Part shown: positions 23,681 through 35,810 of the stretch, piece by piece
Numbering within the stretch: position 1 is the first letter of the stretch
How the letters are laid out: the number at the start of each line of letters is the position of its first letter
NCBI GenBank assembly: GCA_030704615.1
Contig: CM060733.1
Coordinates: 26,350,001-26,414,000 of the forward strand
From: Takakia lepidozioides
Taxonomy: Eukaryota > Plantae > Bryophyta
DNA: 64,000 nucleotides
Reading direction: 5' to 3'
Position numbers and translations under genes: made by a program
Notes under the pieces: model-generated
Database searches by the model: none
Told to the model about the DNA's origin: nothing
Seen by the model: only the letters and a program-made list of their open reading frames with translations

Positions 23681-24390
23681 TTAGTAGCGCATCTTCAATC
23701 TTTTGGTCCAATGAAATTGTTTCGTGGACATCAACCGGGTTGCGTAAATCACCTCTCCTTGAATTTTCTTCTTCAATCCTCTTTTGAAGTTGTCTAATGC
23801 TTCTGCAAGACTCATGTCTTCGATTTGGACTTGAAGATTAAAAAAATCTTCAATGTAATTCTGTACACTGTCGCGTTGTTCCAAATTCCATAACTTCATC
23901 GAGCAGTTGTAACAGTATGCACTGTCTTGAATTGTTGGAGCAGTCTCACTTTTAAGGTGCTCCGTAGTAAAGGTTCTCCTTTTGCGATCTGTCTTCTCTC
24001 CCATATCTATAACCATGTTGAAGCATCGAGTAGGAAAGATCGTATGAACATTCCGTGGTCCAAATCACTCGATGCAAGGAAATATGATAGATGTATCTCC
24101 ATCCGATAAATCCATCGTTCTAGCACTCCCATGACGTGACTTCCTTTGTACGGCTCGACTTTGCACGTCTTCGTCATCTTTTGTAGTTATGTCTCCGACC
24201 CACCAGCAATCAGTCCCGAGGCGGTTGATTGTCTTACTTGTTTAAGCTTATCCATCAACACGTTGTTTTGTTGTTGGGTCGTGACGAGAGCATTCTGCAA
24301 GTCGTGTAAACGTTCCATTATCCACACCGTCTGATCATTGGCTTGATATATAGTGTGTGCGTTGTCCACCATTTCTTCATTGTCTGCCAT
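23681..24390 (-). pseudogene. Gag remnant of a truncated LTR retrotransposon (Ty3/Gypsy-like)
   Basis: LWNLEQRDSVQNYIEDFFNL..EALDNFKRGLK (Retrotrans_gag-type), downstream of a PBS and LTR. Confidence 0.8.
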
Positions 24391-24965
24391 GTCGCTCCAC
24401 TACTCCTTGCTTTGTAGTGCTTGTCTTCTAAGATTAATGTATATTATATTATTCTCTTATCCTAATACAATATGTAAATATACAATCCCAAACCATCTCG
24501 TACGTGACTATTGGTAATACGAAAGGAACGTTTGAACTCATGACAAGGTTCATGAATTCTATTCCAAATTCTGCAACTAAAAATCCTACAAGATGATGTT
24601 TGTCAATTGCACGCACATTGATACTAAATACATTTGGCGGTGGAAAATTGGGCGGTATGTATCTACCTCGATCCATGAACTACGTATATACACATATGTA
24701 CACCTTCCAATTTCTAATAATAGGAAAGACAATAGGTCGTGGTTTTGTAACACTTCTTGATATCGTTCCTCTCCAGAAATCCGTACTATCATATCTCTAA
24801 TTTCTGCTTTACGTCCACAAATCATTTTAAATTCACACTCAGAAGAAAAATCACGGAAATGGGATCGATTTAGATCTATAAAAATTTTATCCTATCGCTA
24901 TGACACACCATCACTACTACCTATTATTACAACACTACAAAAATATTAACAATCATAATCCTTCA

Positions 24966-24993
24966 ATATACATATATATATATATATATATAT
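24966..24993. repeat. (TA)n microsatellite
   Basis: ATATACATATATATATATATATATATAT. Confidence 0.9.
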
Positions 24994-25050
24994 CTTAATC
25001 GTATCATCCCCAAGAGGGCCGATATTAACTCTCAACTTTAAGAAAGACTA

Positions 25051-25063
25051 GGCTCTGATACCA
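25051..25063 (-). promoter_or_regulatory. Primer-binding site for tRNA-iMet
   Basis: Minus strand TGGTATCAGAGCC, 1 nt from the LTR end. Confidence 0.92.
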
Positions 25064-25064
25064 T

Positions 25065-25508
25065 TGTAACACCCATGATCTACACAGACTATAATTGAAG
25101 TGTTTGTCAATTTTTTCCCAAAACACTCGATGCCCTCTAGGCTTTCATTGTAGGTTTATATAGCCTTCATAATATGATTATTTTAAAGGTTTGACTTGAG
25201 AGCCTCAAGTCAAAACTTCCTAAAGTCAACCTTCCTAGATTTGACATATTCTCCATACTATGACTTTCTCAAACATTTGACCTACTCTCCATAATATGAA
25301 TATCTTATAGGTTTGACTTGACAACCTCAAGTCAAACTTCCTAGGAACCTTCCTAATTATTTTAGAAACTTCTAGGGAACTTTCCTTCTTTATCTATAAT
25401 CTTCTAGATTTTATCCTGTTATTATCAGGAATAGTGTGCCCCATTCCTAAGGGAATAAAACCTTCTTGAAAAATTACCGTCCTATCACATTACTAGGGAC
25501 CATTTACA
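25065..25508 (-). mobile_element. 5' LTR (444 bp) inserted into a LINE RT
   Basis: TGTAA..TTACA termini with an adjacent PBS. LINE RT coding resumes immediately at 25509. Two internal 11-bp hairpins lie at 25190-25214 and 25311-25337. Confidence 0.85.
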
Positions 25509-28293
25509 AGATCATTGCCAAGACATTGGTCATGAGACTTTAGGCGTTGCTCCCAACCCTCATACGACCCAACCAGACTGGGTTTGTTCACGGACGCTGC
25601 ATTATTGATAATGTTTCTTTGGCTTATGAAGCCATGGAGTGGGCAACGTCTGAAAGCTAGCAACCACTAGTTCTACTCTTGTTGGATTTTGAAAAGGCAT
25701 ATGACCGCGTTGATTGGAACTTTTTAACGTACGATGCTTCGAATGGGCTTGTCCCAGGAATGGATAAAGTAGGTGAGAGCTCTATATGTAGATGCTAACT
25801 CTTGTATTTCATTCAATGTACTGACGGACAAACCCTTCTCATTTTCCCGTTTTGTTCGCCAAGGGTGTCCCCTTGCTCCATATGTGTACCTTTTCATTGC
25901 AGATTGTTGGGACATGTGCTCTCAAATGATGACACAATTACATGACAACACCATGTTGGTAGACCAAGAATTTGCAGATGACACTTCACTCTTTCTCAAG
26001 GGTACCAAAGACAACTTGGAGGCATGTCGTCGTGTACTTGATGGTTTTCTGTGCCTTAGGGGCCCATATCAATTGGCACAAATCATGCGTTATTTGGGCC
26101 AGTGAGGCCCCTCGCGCCTTCCATTGGGGCGCAGATGTCCATTTGAATTGGTTGTACCAAGGGAAACTACCTGTTATGGGCCCGTTACCTCGGCTTCCCA
26201 CTTGGTAATTACAAAGTGAGTGCAACATAACGCTTTGCATTGGTGATGGTAGCACTACGCAAAAAACTCTCTTTTTGGGCTTCTCAAATGCTCTCCCTTG
26301 CAGGGCATGTTCTTATTGCCAACCAGGTACTCTTGTCCACCCTGTGGTATGGGGCATCATGTTGGAGCCTGTCAGTCCGTGTTCTGAACCAAGTGAGGGC
26401 CTTGATTCGCAATTTTATTTGGTCAAGGTCAGATGACACCCATACTATGCAGAGCTAATTTAGTTGCATGGACCACGTTGAACTTACCATTTTCACTAAG
26501 GGGAATTGATTGACCCCTCCTTGCAAACAAATGCTTTGCTGGCCAAACTTTTTGTTCGCGGCTTGGCACCGGTATGGAACAATGGAAATCACTGCTCCGC
26601 CACCATGTCACATCTCTACGACCAAAGAAAGGAGGCCGGTTGTGGCCAACTAGCTTTAATTGGGCCTTGCATGCCACCAAAGTTATTGGGACAGGGTCTG
26701 AGGTTTTTTGGGGCATCTGGAAGGCATGGTTATCAGTGTGACGTCAAGCTGAGATCGCTATTCCAAATACTACCTCAACCATCCTCCAACAATGTCTTTT
26801 TCTCAACCCCCCATGTTGTGGATGCACATGTATGGTAGTATGTTTGGGACTAATAGACGTGACTCAAAGTGGGCTGCAAAATGGGCGAGCTATGGTGTCA
26901 CACAGGTCAAGCATCTTTGGGACCCTCACAAAGATGATTGGATTTCCAGAGATGACTTAAGCCAACATGCTGGCAACCACAGTACTTGCCAACATCGCCA
27001 ACGTCTGATTACAGCTTTTCCTCCCAAGTGGGATCCACGGCTCAAACAATCACTTAAAGTAAGTAATCACTGGGTTGGCACATCACACACCATCAATGGC
27101 AAAGAGGAGGTTAGAGAGGTTTGTCAGGTGAAATGGACATCCGCCATGATGGCCTTAGCTCACAGATATCACAAAGATGGCCACTTCAACCAACAACTTT
27201 TTTCCTCTTCAGCCGGCCCCTTCCCTAGTTTACATCCCCCCTCTTCCTATTAAGCTAGTTTGGGGAATCACGTGGGATGGTCCTCAACGGAAATTTCTTG
27301 CCAGGAATCCTCGGTACACTCCAGACCCACGATACACTATTTGGTTATTCTCCTATTATTCTCTTATGGCTTCATTGATAACTTAGAATGGGATCCAAGC
27401 CACCGGCGCTGGTCCAAGGAGATTGGAGCCATAGGGGCTCAAGATTTCTTTGGCTATACTGCAAAAATTGGTTATACTGTTGCCTTGCTCCACCAGCAAC
27501 ATAACTCAAAGGCCACTCAAATCTTACATTCCATGGGATTTGATGCCAAAGACCGCTTCCAGACATGGCGCAGAGTTTGGGATAGAGACAAGGCTAGGAA
27601 GGTGTCTATGTTCCTGTGGCTTGCAATGAATGGAGGGGTTGCTACTGCTATTTGGTGCTCTAAAATGGGACACTCTCTGGTTTGTCAGGTCTGCTTGCAA
27701 CATGACGAGACACTACAACATTGTCTGTGGTCTTGCAAATTTGCTCACTATACATGGACACATTTCCACCATGCTCGCTTGGAAATTGGCTAGTGTGTGT
27801 TGTATTCTACGTGGTTGGAGGCTCTCCTTGGCATTGAGCCCCCTAGCCACTCCATGGACGAGGACTGGGGATTGGAGATTCAATTTGGTAATGTAAGATC
27901 ACCTCGCCATCCACTCCGGGCATGGGACATTTTCAGGTCTAACATTCTTTGGCAAATCTTGGCTCGAGGTGCCGCTTTGTTCGGGGAGGCTAGTCCTTCT
28001 CTGTGCAACAAGTCTTGACTCTGGCATGGAAGGACACCATCTCTAGTGGCATGGCAGAGTGGCAACAACTACGGAAACATGCTCTCAATCGTAGCATTCA
28101 AAAACAATCTGATCTTGAGGCTGAATTTTTATATGTTTGGGCTGGTTCTTCCTTCTTTTGCTTGCATTTGGATAGAGGGGTACGGTGGAATGTTACTCCG
28201 CCCGCATCTCTTTTGAGATGTTGTCATATGCCGCTGGACTGTGCTAACATTTAGAATAAAGATCTCCGTTTCTGCCCAAAAAAAATAAAAAAA
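25509..28293 (+). mobile_element. LINE (L1-clade) ORF2 3' half: RT, zf-RVT and poly(A), decayed
   Basis: KIIAKTL..LIRPNQTGFV.GR.I.DN, LDFEKAYDRVDW, VRQGCPLAPY, FADDT and CQVC..DETLQHCLWSC. AATAAA and an A-tail at 28278-28293. Confidence 0.92.
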
Positions 28294-30525
28294 TCTTCAT
28301 GGATGTGAACCCCTAAGCGCAGGGAGCAGTTGATGCAAAATGGGACCCATTCTCATGGATGAGGTTAATATGCCAGTGATGATTCATCCACAAAAATGAG
28401 CCTTACCAACTCTGAGATACCTACTACATGTAGCTACTGAAAAAATTGTGGAAGAAATGACCATCAGCATGGGCAGATTATAATGAAATGCCATGGTGGA
28501 TTTTTCAACTCCACACAAATATTGAAGGAAAAATGCACTTTGACCAAGGTGTTTTGCCATATTTATGAATTTTCCTGAGGTACGGACCTCCTCGATCAGA
28601 ATCCATGGAGGGTTATAGATGTCCTCTCCAAATTTGAGGACCATATTCAAGTGGCTCCTTCGTATGTCCAATAAGAGGGGTAGAATGGAAGTTCCACAAG
28701 GCTGAGATACAAAAAGCTCCATTGATCCTAGATTTTCTTAAGAAATTCAGATTCATTTGGTGCAATCTTACATTGCGAAAAGATACACATGAATAGGAAT
28801 GCCAGAAAATTCTTGCAAATTTTTAAAACCACATGTGTAGATGGCATTTTGGTAAATTTTGCAATCATTTCCATGTCAGGCTATTGTTGCCAGCGAAGTG
28901 AACATGTCCGGCAGTCTCTAGGGGGCCACGTCACTATTGTTTGAAGCTAATGCACTTTATGGAGCCATGTCCTTCCTATTGAAGCTCGGACCCGGTGCCA
29001 AAGTTACCCAAATGACAACCCGTCGGGAGGGCCCCTAACCGTATTTCAAAGTCACCATGAACTGACAAGAAGTGAGGGGGGCTTAAACCCCTTGATCTGC
29101 CTTGTATGCAGATAGTCCCCCCCCAAAGTAGCCAAACAATCCCCACAGACATCACCCTAGGCCTGGCAGCACAATCCAGCTTCCCCAAAAAATATAAGCT
29201 CGCAAAAAACCATAGAAGCCCAGCCATAGCAGGCCGGTCTTGCGAGAAGAGAAATCGCAGGGCATAAAGAATGGACGTGAAACCATGGCCAGTCGGTTCA
29301 CAGGCTGCCACCCAACATGAGGGGGAAAATGCAGCCCGCCGTTAGGCCCATCGCGGCAAATAGACACTAGTTAGTTACCTACCACGTAGGCAGGTCAACT
29401 TTGCTGGCGGGCTCCAAGCCATAGATTTCTGGGTACCCTTAGGGCTTTGACAATTCCTAGCTGGTTGGTTTTCAGAGTTTTGGGGTGCTATATTTCGCCC
29501 ATGTGTGGCTGGATGCCGCGCCATTTTTCTCATCCACGATCGTTCATGGTAGTTATCCCATGGATGAAAATGGATGCAACCCGCGGTCTCGGGTCGCATC
29601 GGCTGTGAGGGTTAATGTGACAATAATTTGCCCAAATTGTTCTCACTCCTCCTACAAATTGGAGTTTCTCGTGGCTTATCCCATCTTCTTCATTTGTAAT
29701 TTTCAGATATGGCCGACTCATAAAAGTTGCGTCCGAGTTGGGCTTGTTTTCATGTACACACTTTCTGACAGCTCTTGAAATACAGATGTCATGTGCTGGT
29801 CTATGATGGCAAACAACGCCCTGGTCCAACATTAAATTGTGATGTTCAACATTCATTATGATATGAGGACAAAGGGGGAAAAACAAATATCTTGTGTGCA
29901 GCTCTTTAGAGATTCTTACATTGAAGGTATCAACAACTTCTCAAGGTTTTCATTTCGCCTGGGCAGTAACAACCATGTCATTTGCACCCAAATTTCCAAC
30001 TCCCGCATTGCATGGTCTAATTGCAAGCTCACCACCAACTGGAAATTTGTCGACTAAAGAGGAAGAGGGTTGCGAGGATAATTGGAGGCATCATAGAGCT
30101 CGAAACGACCTTATAAATTCAAATTAGTAGTACAACTGAATTTGGAGTGCAGCAACACCAGAATTGTTGTAAGTTCATGAGGCTTAGTGCTAAATGTCCA
30201 TTGGTTTCTGTACTTGATGCCTTCTTAGTTCTCCATGTAAGTGGCGTGGCCTCTGGCTTTCTTTTCTTAGTTTTCATGTCCTTGTCCCTGATCTCATGTC
30301 TGCTTGCTTCTTGGTTTGACAGTTATGTTTTTCTTTACGTGGGGGTATATATATATATATGGTTGTAGGGAGGTGTTTCCTTTGTGACCTTGTACGATTT
30401 ATGTTTTTTATACTAATTGGGGCCTTGGCCCCCCCACCCCCACTCAAAAAACAAAAATAAAAAAGATAAAAGATTCTAATGTCCATGTGATAGACAATGA
30501 ACAAGTGTTTATTATTTATTTATTA

Positions 30526-31028
30526 CTAGAGTAGCCTGTGCCGTTGGCCCAAGTGTCCAACTTGTCATCTAAGTCCTCCTATGTCGGCCCAAGTGCGACT
30601 TCTAGGGTAGCCTGTGCCTTTGGCCCAAGTGTCGAATGTTATCTAAGTCCAAATGCATCAATATATGAAGCAAGCCATATCTAATCATTTTTTTTCCCAC
30701 AGAGCCTACGACCAGATTTGAACCGGAGACCTTTCCCTTGATATCTCTCATGTCGAGGCTCCAACCAATTGTCCCAGGAATGCCCACTTAGCTATTTTTC
30801 GTGAATTTCCAGTGACCCAAAGTACTTGAAATTCCACCTCTCCCACACTGCAGGTCCAAAAATCATGACACCAAGCCCATGCACCCCTCCTCATCAAGGG
30901 CTTTCCAACGGTACCAAGCACGAGGGTTGGGGCCCGCCGTTAGGGACATCCCAACTCTACAAAACAAACAAACAAACAAACAAAACAAAACAAGACAAGA
31001 CAAACGTCTTGCTTCATATATTGATAGA
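30526..31028 (-). mobile_element. Single non-autonomous Helitron-like copy of the 18-19.5 kb family
   Basis: A|CTAG plus hairpin at the left end and ..CATATATTGATAGA (minus strand TC start) at the right end. The internal sequence matches 18250-18580 and 18725-18820. Confidence 0.6.
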
Positions 31029-32562
31029 ACTATCTCACTGAAGACCAGAATTTGTTCTCCTCCAAACGTCAATTCTAGCATCTTTCAGACCCTATTTTCC
31101 AGGGTTGGACTTGCTATTATAAGTGAGATTGAGGTTTCTATTGTTTTAATGATGGTTCATGTTCCACAAAACCTAGAGGGATGCTCCTATCATTATACCC
31201 TCGTACGCGGTACATCGCTCCTTTTGGAAAGCTCTAGAAAAAGGAACCCACCAGCCCACCACCTCATGATGGTTCTTACTTCTATGCTTTCATCAACACA
31301 TGGCCTCACATTAAATCAACCAATCATACACTCCCTACCATTTGACCCCATTCAACATTGACTGCTTCATTGCTCTCCCTTTTAATTGACCTAATTCATA
31401 CATAACCGCTACCAAATTTTAGGACTCTTATTGATATTTTCATTTGATATTGACTCTAGTCCTGACAAACTCTTATGTACAAATATAAACATGGCCAAAA
31501 GTTACAGAAAGTAACAAGAGTTTCAAAAGAGTGCAAAAGCACCGATCTAAAATGCATGCTCGTTAGGACAGGTTTTGGGAGACACCCAGATGTATGGAAC
31601 CTATTGAGCAAGTACAATATGCATGGGGAGTAGGAACACAATGTACTGGGACAATGTACTGAACTTGTAGAAACAAACAAATCTGATATAACAATAACTT
31701 TGTCTGTAAGATCAATATAAGAGTACAATTTCCGTAAACAAGAACTAGGTGTAGCACATTCAAAGAAAATTCGTACCACATCCACCATTTCTAAAACATG
31801 CGATTTTACCATCGCATTCCAGATCGATTGACTCTATTGCAGTCCATACCGCTATTCTAAACGACCCAAGATGCCGTAGGATAAAATTGACCAAATTTTG
31901 AAATGCTAAAGAGCACATTTGGGAAGGCTACCAAGGTGTCTTTGCATTTTGTTTTGATGCTCCAATAAATTTTGGTGTGTGGGACACACTCGTGTTTATT
32001 AGTGTCCAAGAGGCCATACACAATGTGTGTTCATCAAATCCGTGCTACAACTGTTCAGGATACTGTTGCAGTGCACAGATTTGAAACCCATACCCATGCC
32101 ACAGGTAACACTATTAGCTCGTCATTGCTCTAACAAATTTTCCTACATTTCTAGAGGTTCCTTCTAGAAACCTCTAGAAGGAAGGCCCAATTACCCACGG
32201 CCTCATGACGTTTGCTACTAACCTGCTCTACTCCACACATGGCCTTACAAATGAGCCACTCCTACACCCCTTGCCCTTCCGACCAGATTGGCCCGGTGTT
32301 CGGCTTCAGTAAAACAAAACATTGGAAGTGACAAAGGGAAGTTGAATATATGAGGGATGGGAATAAAAAACAATTATAGACATCACCAACTTCAATTCAT
32401 GCCAACCATGATTATTAGGTATATGCAGAAACATAAAAATAAAATAACAACTATGAATTTGCTGGCTGGTGTTTCCAAGAACCAAAAATAAATAAAAATT
32501 GCTTGCACATTGAAATGTGTCCCACACTTCAAGGCATTGGCTTATATTGAGTAACCTTGACA

Positions 32563-32692
32563 ACCAAGTTGTAGCCTAGTGGTATGGGGTGCACACGCCA
32601 CCTCGGAAGTGGTTGTGGGTTCAATCCATCAATTGCTGTCACAAGGTTGTCCACCCTCTTCAGGGTCAAGAGACACCATAATTTCTTTTTTG
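32563..32692 (+). mobile_element. tRNA-derived SINE
   Basis: A box TAGCCTAGTGG, B box GGTTCAATCC and a T-rich tail. The 3' part recurs at about 34865-34935. Confidence 0.5.
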
Positions 32693-33366
32693 ACTGACCT
32701 CGTGTTTGGCTTTGATAAAAGAAAAACCTGAAGGTAGAAAGGGTGGGAAATTGAATATGAGAGGCCGGATGGAAATAGGAAAATTCTTATAGACCACCAA
32801 CTTCAATTCACTATCTTTTCATTAAAAAAAAAAAAACTAGAAGTGACAAAGGATGGGAAATTGAATATAAGAGGCGAGATGGAAATAGGAAATCAATTAT
32901 AGACCACCAACTTCAATTCACTATCTTTTCACAATGATTTGTTTTATGGTATCATGCCAAGCTTTAGTAGGGACTATGAATTTACTGGCACATTGAAAAT
33001 GTGTCCTAAACTTTATATCTATGGCTGATATTGTCCCACCTTGGTGTTTGGCTTGGGTGAAAGCTTTGATAAAAACAAGTATTTGTTTTTCTTTTTTCAA
33101 TCGAAAGGGGACAGAGGCCTGTTCCTCAAAAACAAATGAATTTGCTCTGGCACAATTGAAATGCGTCCTACACTTTACTCGTATGGCTTATATTGTCCAA
33201 CCTTTGTATAGGGCCCACCCCCAAAAGGGGCAGTAGCCGTAAGGCAAAGTGGCTCTTAGTTACGCCGGCTATGGCCAGAGTCTTCTCTCTCTCTCCGACC
33301 TTTGTCATGTTCGGCTTCGGTGAAAGCTTCGATAAAATCAAATCTATATGCAGACATATGTCCTAA

Positions 33367-33805
33367 GGGCCGGGTTCCATGGGCTCTCCCAAGCCCCCCC
33401 AAGGGGGCGCCCCCAGGAAGGAATCGCCCCTTAAAAATGAGAGGGGGTAGTTCCATGGACACCTTTCCATTCACCCCTCTAGAAGCCTTTGGCACCAATT
33501 GTTCCGGTCCCATGACATAGTAAATGGCCCATTAATATAGGTTTTGGATGGAATGTCAAAAATCATTCCCTCTCTTAAAATCTAACTTAGTTTGGATAGA
33601 AAGAAATAATTTTCTGTAAGGCTGCGGGCCCGCTGTAGGAAAAGACGAAGCTGTCAGTTAGGGGCGCCCCGAAATCCATCTCCCCTTGTGAAGGGACTGC
33701 TTTTTTGCGCCACTTCCTAAGGGGCGGATCCGTGGGGGCGCCCTTGGGGAATATCCTATTACGTCCAATAGCGCCTCCTTAATCCTGGGGGCTGGAACCC
33801 GGCTC
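33367..33805. mobile_element. Tourist/PIF-Harbinger-like MITE
   Basis: TIR GGGCCGGGTTCCA / TGGAACCCGGCTC with a TAA target-site duplication on both sides. Confidence 0.8.
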
Positions 33806-33990
33806 TAATGTATAATACATGACGCCTCCATAAGGGAGCGAAAATTACACGTCTTACACTTTATGGGTATAGCTTACATTGTCCGACCTTGGTCATGTTT
33901 GGTTCTGGTGAAAGCTTTGATAAAAGTAAATCAATTTGCGGGCATGCTACACTTTATGGCTGTGGCTTACATTGTCCGACCTAGTTGTTC

Positions 33991-34275
33991 GAGGTGTTTT
34001 TTTTCCCAAATTTGGCAAATAGCACGAGTGGCTACCGAGTTTTACAGGAAATAGCCATATTTTCTGTTCGTCCATTACAATTTGGATAGAATCATCCCTT
34101 TATGTACTTTCATCCATTGATATAATCCATATTTGGTGAATTCATCCAAAATTTATATTTATCTGGAGAAATTTGGCGATTTCATCCATGAAAAACAGGG
34201 AATTTATGAGAGAATATTCCATTTTATTTTTTCAGGTCGAAAAAGCGTGAAAGTTCGCCAGAAATAAAAACACTG
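33991..34275. mobile_element. Probable hAT-like MITE
   Basis: Imperfect TIR (GTGTTTTT / AAAAACAC) and an imperfect TTGTTC-containing duplication. It splits one unit of the tandem array. Confidence 0.4.
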
Positions 34276-35810
34276 ATTGTTCTGCTTTGGTTAAAGCTTT
34301 GATAGAAACAAATTTATTTGCTCTGGCACATTGAACACATCAATTTGTGGGCATGCTACACTTTATGGGTATGGCTTACATTGTCCGACCTAGTTGTTCG
34401 GCTTTGGTTAAAGGTTTGATAGAAATAAATTTATTTGTTCTGGCACATTGAATGTGTCCTATAAACTTTACGGGTATGGCTTATATTGTCCGACCTTGGT
34501 CATATTTGGCTTTGGTGAAAGCTTAACCAAACCCAAACAACTAGGTCGGACAATGTAAGCCACACCCATAAATTGTAGCGTTATTGATTTCATTGAAATG
34601 TGTCCTATAAACTTTACGGGTATGGTTTATATTGTCCGACCTTGGTCATATTTGGCTTTGGTGAAAGCTTGGATAAAAACAAACCAATTTGCGGGCACGC
34701 TACACTTTAAGGGTATGGCTTAACTTTTAAGGGCCGGTTTAGACCAAGCTAGAAACAAGAAATCCTAGAGCATCAAATCGGGCCCAAGCGGTTTACACGA
34801 GGGTCCGGGCCCAAGACCACGAAAATGACATGGCTACCCGTTTGGCATGATTTATGTCGCCCTTGGTGTCACAAAGGTATCCACCTTTCTATCGGAAGGC
34901 AGTAATCCTTCTGGGCGAAGAGATACCATAATTTACGGCCCTTCCTTGGGGAGGCATCAAATATATAATTTTTGATTTAGGGCGCCAAACCGCCCAACCC
35001 TCCCTAAGTTGTCCGACCTTGATGTTTGGCTTGGGTGAAAGCTTCGATAAAAACAAATCGATTTGCAGGCAAATTGAAACGTGTCCTACACTTGCCGGGT
35101 AAGTACGGCTTTATATTGTCCGACCTTGGTGTTCGGCTTCGATAACAACTTCGATAAAAGCTCCAAGTAATGACCGGTGGGAAGGGATGGGAACAGGAAA
35201 GAAACGATAGGCATCGCCAATTTTCCATACATTTGGGGTGGATGTCTAATATAAGCGAGAGGGTGGCGTGGTGATGTCCGTCCCATGCATGGCCGTCGAT
35301 CTGGATGTCGTAGTGGATCAGCGATGGACAGAAGGTGGGCCAGCTTTAAGTTGCATGATCCTTGCTTTAAGCTGCATGCTCCTTGCCCACCCGACATCGC
35401 CACATCTTCCTCGCTCTTCTGGCCAACAGCCTTCAAGAGAAATTCTGCACGCTGCATAGAGAGAGAGAGAGAGATCAGAGAGAACTACATCTGATCAGGA
35501 AGAGACTGAAGAAGACTGCGATTGAGAAGAGAGCCTGCAGATACAAGCTTGAAGAGGTTTCGGGACTCTAGAAAGAATTTTGTATGTGCGTGAGAGTGAG
35601 AGAGATAGCTCGGAGAAACATAGAGAACTAGAGAGCACTACAGATCAGGAAGAGATTAAAGAAGACAGTGCGATTTGGATACAAGTTTGAAGAGGTTTCG
35701 GGTCTCATGATAAGAATTGTGTGAGAGTTGAGAGAGAGAGTTTGAGATCAGGATAGGGATAAGGCAGATACTTGCAGGGAGCGAGAAATAGTTTTGACGA
35801 TATTATATAT

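Larger units (their letters stand above)
32490..35160 (+). repeat. Degenerate ~95-115 bp tandem repeat array upstream of HKT, interrupted by MITEs
   Basis: About 12 copies of CTACACTTTATGGGTATGGCTTA(C/T)ATTGTCCGACCTTGG..GGTGAAAGCTTTGATAAAA, with one inverted copy at about 34525-34580. Confidence 0.85.

Noticed and set aside
32563-32640. Functional tRNA gene
   Set aside because: A and B boxes are present but there is no consistent cloverleaf, so it is treated as a SINE head. The same applies to 21089-21156 and about 52590-52650.
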